64,000 bases of DNA from a virus. The stretch is taken from the IMG/VR virus record IMGVR_UViG_3300036766_000359, positions 96,001-160,000 of that record, one strand, 5' to 3'. Numbering within the stretch: position 1 is the stretch's first letter; each line of letters opens with the position of its first letter. Shown piece after piece: positions 61,830-64,000 of this stretch. The notes under the pieces are model-generated. The model made no database searches. It was given only the letters and a program-made list of their open reading frames with translations, and was not told the DNA's origin. The translations under genes and the position numbers were made by a program.

Positions 61830-62003
61830 ATGAGCAAGCCAGTCAAGAAGTCAACATTCAAGTGGTCGGATAAAGCCAAGCAGGACGCGCTAGGCAAGTT
61901 TGCTCGAGAAGCCGAACGGCTCCTCAACGGTGGACTCTCGCTCGATGACATGAAGAAGGCATGCGATAGTGCTGCTTCGAATTTGTCGGCACCGAAGAGT
62001 TGA
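61830..62003 (+). CDS. 57-aa helical protein (paralog of 61108)
   Basis: My translation: MSKPVKKSTFKWSDKAKQDA...REAERLLNGG; GAGG RBS. Confidence 0.8.
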   Translation: MSKPVKKSTFKWSDKAKQDALGKFAREAERLLNGGLSLDDMKKACDSAASNLSAPKS

Positions 62004-62214
62004 TCTGTGGATGGGTACTATGCCATACATGGCTTTGGTATGGCATAGTATTTGTTCCTCATTCGTAAATCAGGAAAACTCGAACGTATTGATTCTGCAG
62101 GGAACGGTTTACAGCGAGGCAACACCTTTGAAAACCAAAAGGTTGGTGTTGACCCGGTAGGTTTACTAGGCTCGTTTGTAGTGGGTTCGATTCCTTACCC
62201 CTGTGTCAATTTAA

Positions 62215-62427
62215 ATGAAGACTGCAGCAGGCACGGTCGAGATGTACGAAGAACGCATGCCACACAACGAGTGGCGTGTAGTCAGGGACAGCCTAGGCGA
62301 TCACCATGTGATGTCCCGTCCTCCTACTCCTTATGGATGGCATATACTTTTTACCAATCTTTCACACTTGAAGGCAAGCGAAGAGTGCAAAAAACTTAAC
62401 CTCATCAAAGAAGTTATGGAGTCGTGA
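62215..62427 (+). CDS. W..V.D..G.HH family protein with VMES tag
   Basis: WRVVRDSLGDHH...KKLNLIKEVMES*. Confidence 0.8.
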   Translation: MKTAAGTVEMYEERMPHNEWRVVRDSLGDHHVMSRPPTPYGWHILFTNLSHLKASEECKKLNLIKEVMES

Positions 62428-62675
62428 ACGAGGTCAAAGTTGGGGATCGAGTAACCCGTCAAAAATTTCTCGACGACGGCACTTGGCAATGGCGCGGTGA
62501 TGACTGCCTAGACGAAAGCCCGCTTTTGCATGGCGTGGTCACTCGCGTATTCATAGAGTCAAGGACTCGATTCAATAAAAACGCTCGAAAGCTTCTCCCG
62601 ATGTGCGAAGTTTCGTGGTCTGAAACAGGAGAAACTTGGGCTTATTTCTTTCACGGAGTGACACGCGACATGTAA
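62424..62675 (+). CDS. Small SH3-like hypothetical protein
   Basis: VKVGDRV...GVVTRV...CEVSW; GTGA-coupled. Confidence 0.65.
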   Translation: MNEVKVGDRVTRQKFLDDGTWQWRGDDCLDESPLLHGVVTRVFIESRTRFNKNARKLLPMCEVSWSETGETWAYFFHGVTRDM

Positions 62676-62696
62676 ACTCGATCGATGCGTCCGTAC
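62671..62696 (+). promoter_or_regulatory. Phage promoter motif
   Basis: tgtaaac-N15-gtac then GGTGGAGG. Confidence 0.75.
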
Positions 62697-63035
62697 TGGT
62701 GGTGGAGGCAAGAATGGACACAAAGTATCAGAAAATCACGAGATTTGCCAATGACGGTTAGGTGCATCGTGGCGGTTAGATATCTCGTATGCCGACATCC
62801 GGATTTCCCAATCTTTCATGACTCCACAGGACCTCAGTTTGAGATGCGTAGTCTATACGACGATGAAGCTTATTCGCAAGAAATCGACCAAATGGGTAAA
62901 TCAGTAACCGTTTTCAAAAGAAACGGTGTCACAGTTGACACTGCTGGCGAATTTTGCGGAGAATATGCTAACGCGAGAGAAGCGCGTGTCGTCATTGATA
63001 GACTTAATCAAGTTTCCAGGGTCATGGACTCATGA
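62685..63035 (+). CDS. Hypothetical protein with VMDS tag (start uncertain)
   Basis: ...REARVVIDRLNQVSRVMDS*. Confidence 0.7.
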   Translation: MRPYWWWRQEWTQSIRKSRDLPMTVRCIVAVRYLVCRHPDFPIFHDSTGPQFEMRSLYDDEAYSQEIDQMGKSVTVFKRNGVTVDTAGEFCGEYANAREARVVIDRLNQVSRVMDS

Positions 63036-63268
63036 CTTATATCTTCGTACTGGTTCAACTGGTTCAACTGGCGTTGTTGGTATTAGTTTATTGGTCGTTT
63101 AAACGAAGGATTTCTAAAATCGAGATGTCGGTTGTTCGTCAGATAATGGAAGAATCTCCAGAGTTGCCAACCCGAGTTCTTGCAACTTTCGACAAACTCC
63201 GAAGTGGTCAAATCGATCCAGACAAAGCTTTGAAAGAGGCAAGGCGACTTCACGGGCTAGACCCATGA
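63032..63268 (+). CDS. Small membrane-anchored protein
   Basis: N-terminal TM; ATGA-coupled. Confidence 0.7.
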   Translation: MTYIFVLVQLVQLALLVLVYWSFKRRISKIEMSVVRQIMEESPELPTRVLATFDKLRSGQIDPDKALKEARRLHGLDP

Positions 63269-63308
63269 TGGTTGGAAGAACACTCTCGGGTGTAAATTCG
63301 GTGCGGGT

Positions 63309-63334
63309 CGTAAATCTAACGACCGCAGCAGTAC
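63309..63334 (+). promoter_or_regulatory. Phage promoter motif
   Basis: cgtaaat-N15-gtac. Confidence 0.75.
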
Positions 63335-63417
63335 GCGAACCGAGACCGAAACAACCGACGGACGCCTCCCGACATGTTGTTGGGTGCCTTCCCGAGGAGC
63401 TTTCAAGAAAGAACGCA

Positions 63418-64000
63418 ATGACCCAGACTCAAACCAAACCATCCGCACTCGACGCTCTCCGTGGACTCTCGAAGAAGGCCGCTCCGCCTTCCGCAGCAAT
63501 CGCCGCCCAGGTCAACGATCCGGCCATCGCCGGGGCCAAGCGCGACAAGAACACGGTCAAGCTCGGGTTCGACCCCAACATTGCCCAGGTAGCGGAACAC
63601 ACCGCTCAGTTGAAGGAAGCTCTCGAACGCGCCGAGGCGGAATTCAAGGTGGATCAGGCCACGATGCGCGACTATGGCATCGGGAAGCGTGGTCTTTACA
63701 ACGACACCTTCAAGTGCGAGGTAACGACCGTCCAGGTCCCGTACACGGTCGATGTTCCTGGTGGAAACGAGACCAGGTACGTTCAGGTGATTTGTTCCAA
63801 CAAGTACTCGGTTCAGAAGGATATCGTCCTTGGAAACAAGGAACTGATCGGACCAGCCTACGAGCGAATGTTCGAGGAACAGACAACCAAGGCTCTCAAG
63901 CCGAACGCCGAGGAGCTTATCCGCAATCTCTTGACCGAGGTTGCAGGTCTCTCGGGTGACGAGCTTGAAAACACGATGAACGAGCTTTTCGACAGCACAA
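63418..64000 (+). CDS. Hypothetical protein, partial (runs off right edge)
   Basis: My translation: MTQTQTKPSALDALRGLSKK..., open to the end of the window. Confidence 0.75.
   Translation, partial: MTQTQTKPSALDALRGLSKKAAPPSAAIAAQVNDPAIAGAKRDKNTVKLGFDPNIAQVAEHTAQLKEALERAEAEFKVDQATMRDYGIGKRGLYNDTFKCEVTTVQVPYTVDVPGGNETRYVQVICSNKYSVQKDIVLGNKELIGPAYERMFEEQTTKALKPNAEELIRNLLTEVAGLSGDELENTMNELFDST

Noticed and set aside
62007-62399. In-frame TAG at 62046 (VDGYYAIHGFGMA*YLFLIRK) as evidence of stop-codon reassignment
   Set aside because: It is a single case. Long genes are intact under code 11 and many end at TAG with tight packing, so a local pseudogene or chance is more likely.
39599-63035. VMES as a mere by-product of ATGA translational coupling or TCATGA sites
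   Set aside because: Many copies use AGT, TCT or TCG with TAA or TAG and have no overlapping downstream gene (8962, 50400, 53251, 57254, 59837), and the -7, -4 and -3 residues are conserved independently. Coupling may contribute but cannot explain it.
44407-63035. Integron-like cassette array
   Set aside because: There are no attC-type imperfect hairpins with RYYYAAC/GTTRRRY ends between the genes, and no integrase in the window.
1-64000. rRNA, tRNA and tmRNA genes
   Set aside because: No recognisable cloverleaf or rRNA signatures were seen by eye; a tRNAscan/Aragorn run would be needed to exclude them formally.

Overview
This looks like a 64-kb piece of a large (jumbo-type) bacteriophage genome. 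No rRNA, tRNA or CRISPR array was found. The left part (1-32 kb) is mostly AT-rich and carries nucleotide-metabolism and envelope/virion genes: a PurZ-like aminodeoxyadenylosuccinate synthase split by a 418-aa LAGLIDADG intein, a tandem ThyX, a dNMP kinase, an HhH glycosylase-like protein, a papain-like peptidase, an Ig/propeller protein, SET, endonuclease VII, YkgJ and RNA ligase genes. After a palindromic, low-complexity junction at about 33.0-33.4 kb comes a dense 'early/host-takeover'-like region of small genes, with a MoxR-type AAA+ ATPase, a VWA-metallopeptidase, a BRCT protein, an ATP-dependent DNA ligase and two HNH genes. Two window-wide patterns are not explained by standard annotation. 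(1) About 28 otherwise unrelated proteins end in the same C-terminal tag, hydrophobic-x-x-[VI]-M-[EDK..]-S-COOH ('VMES'), written with varied synonymous codons. (2) About 41 copies of a bipartite promoter-like motif, NG[TGC]ARRY-N15-GTAY, have invariant spacing and are followed directly by a Shine-Dalgarno sequence or a leaderless ATG. All calls were made by eye from the sequence and ORF track; no database searches were run.
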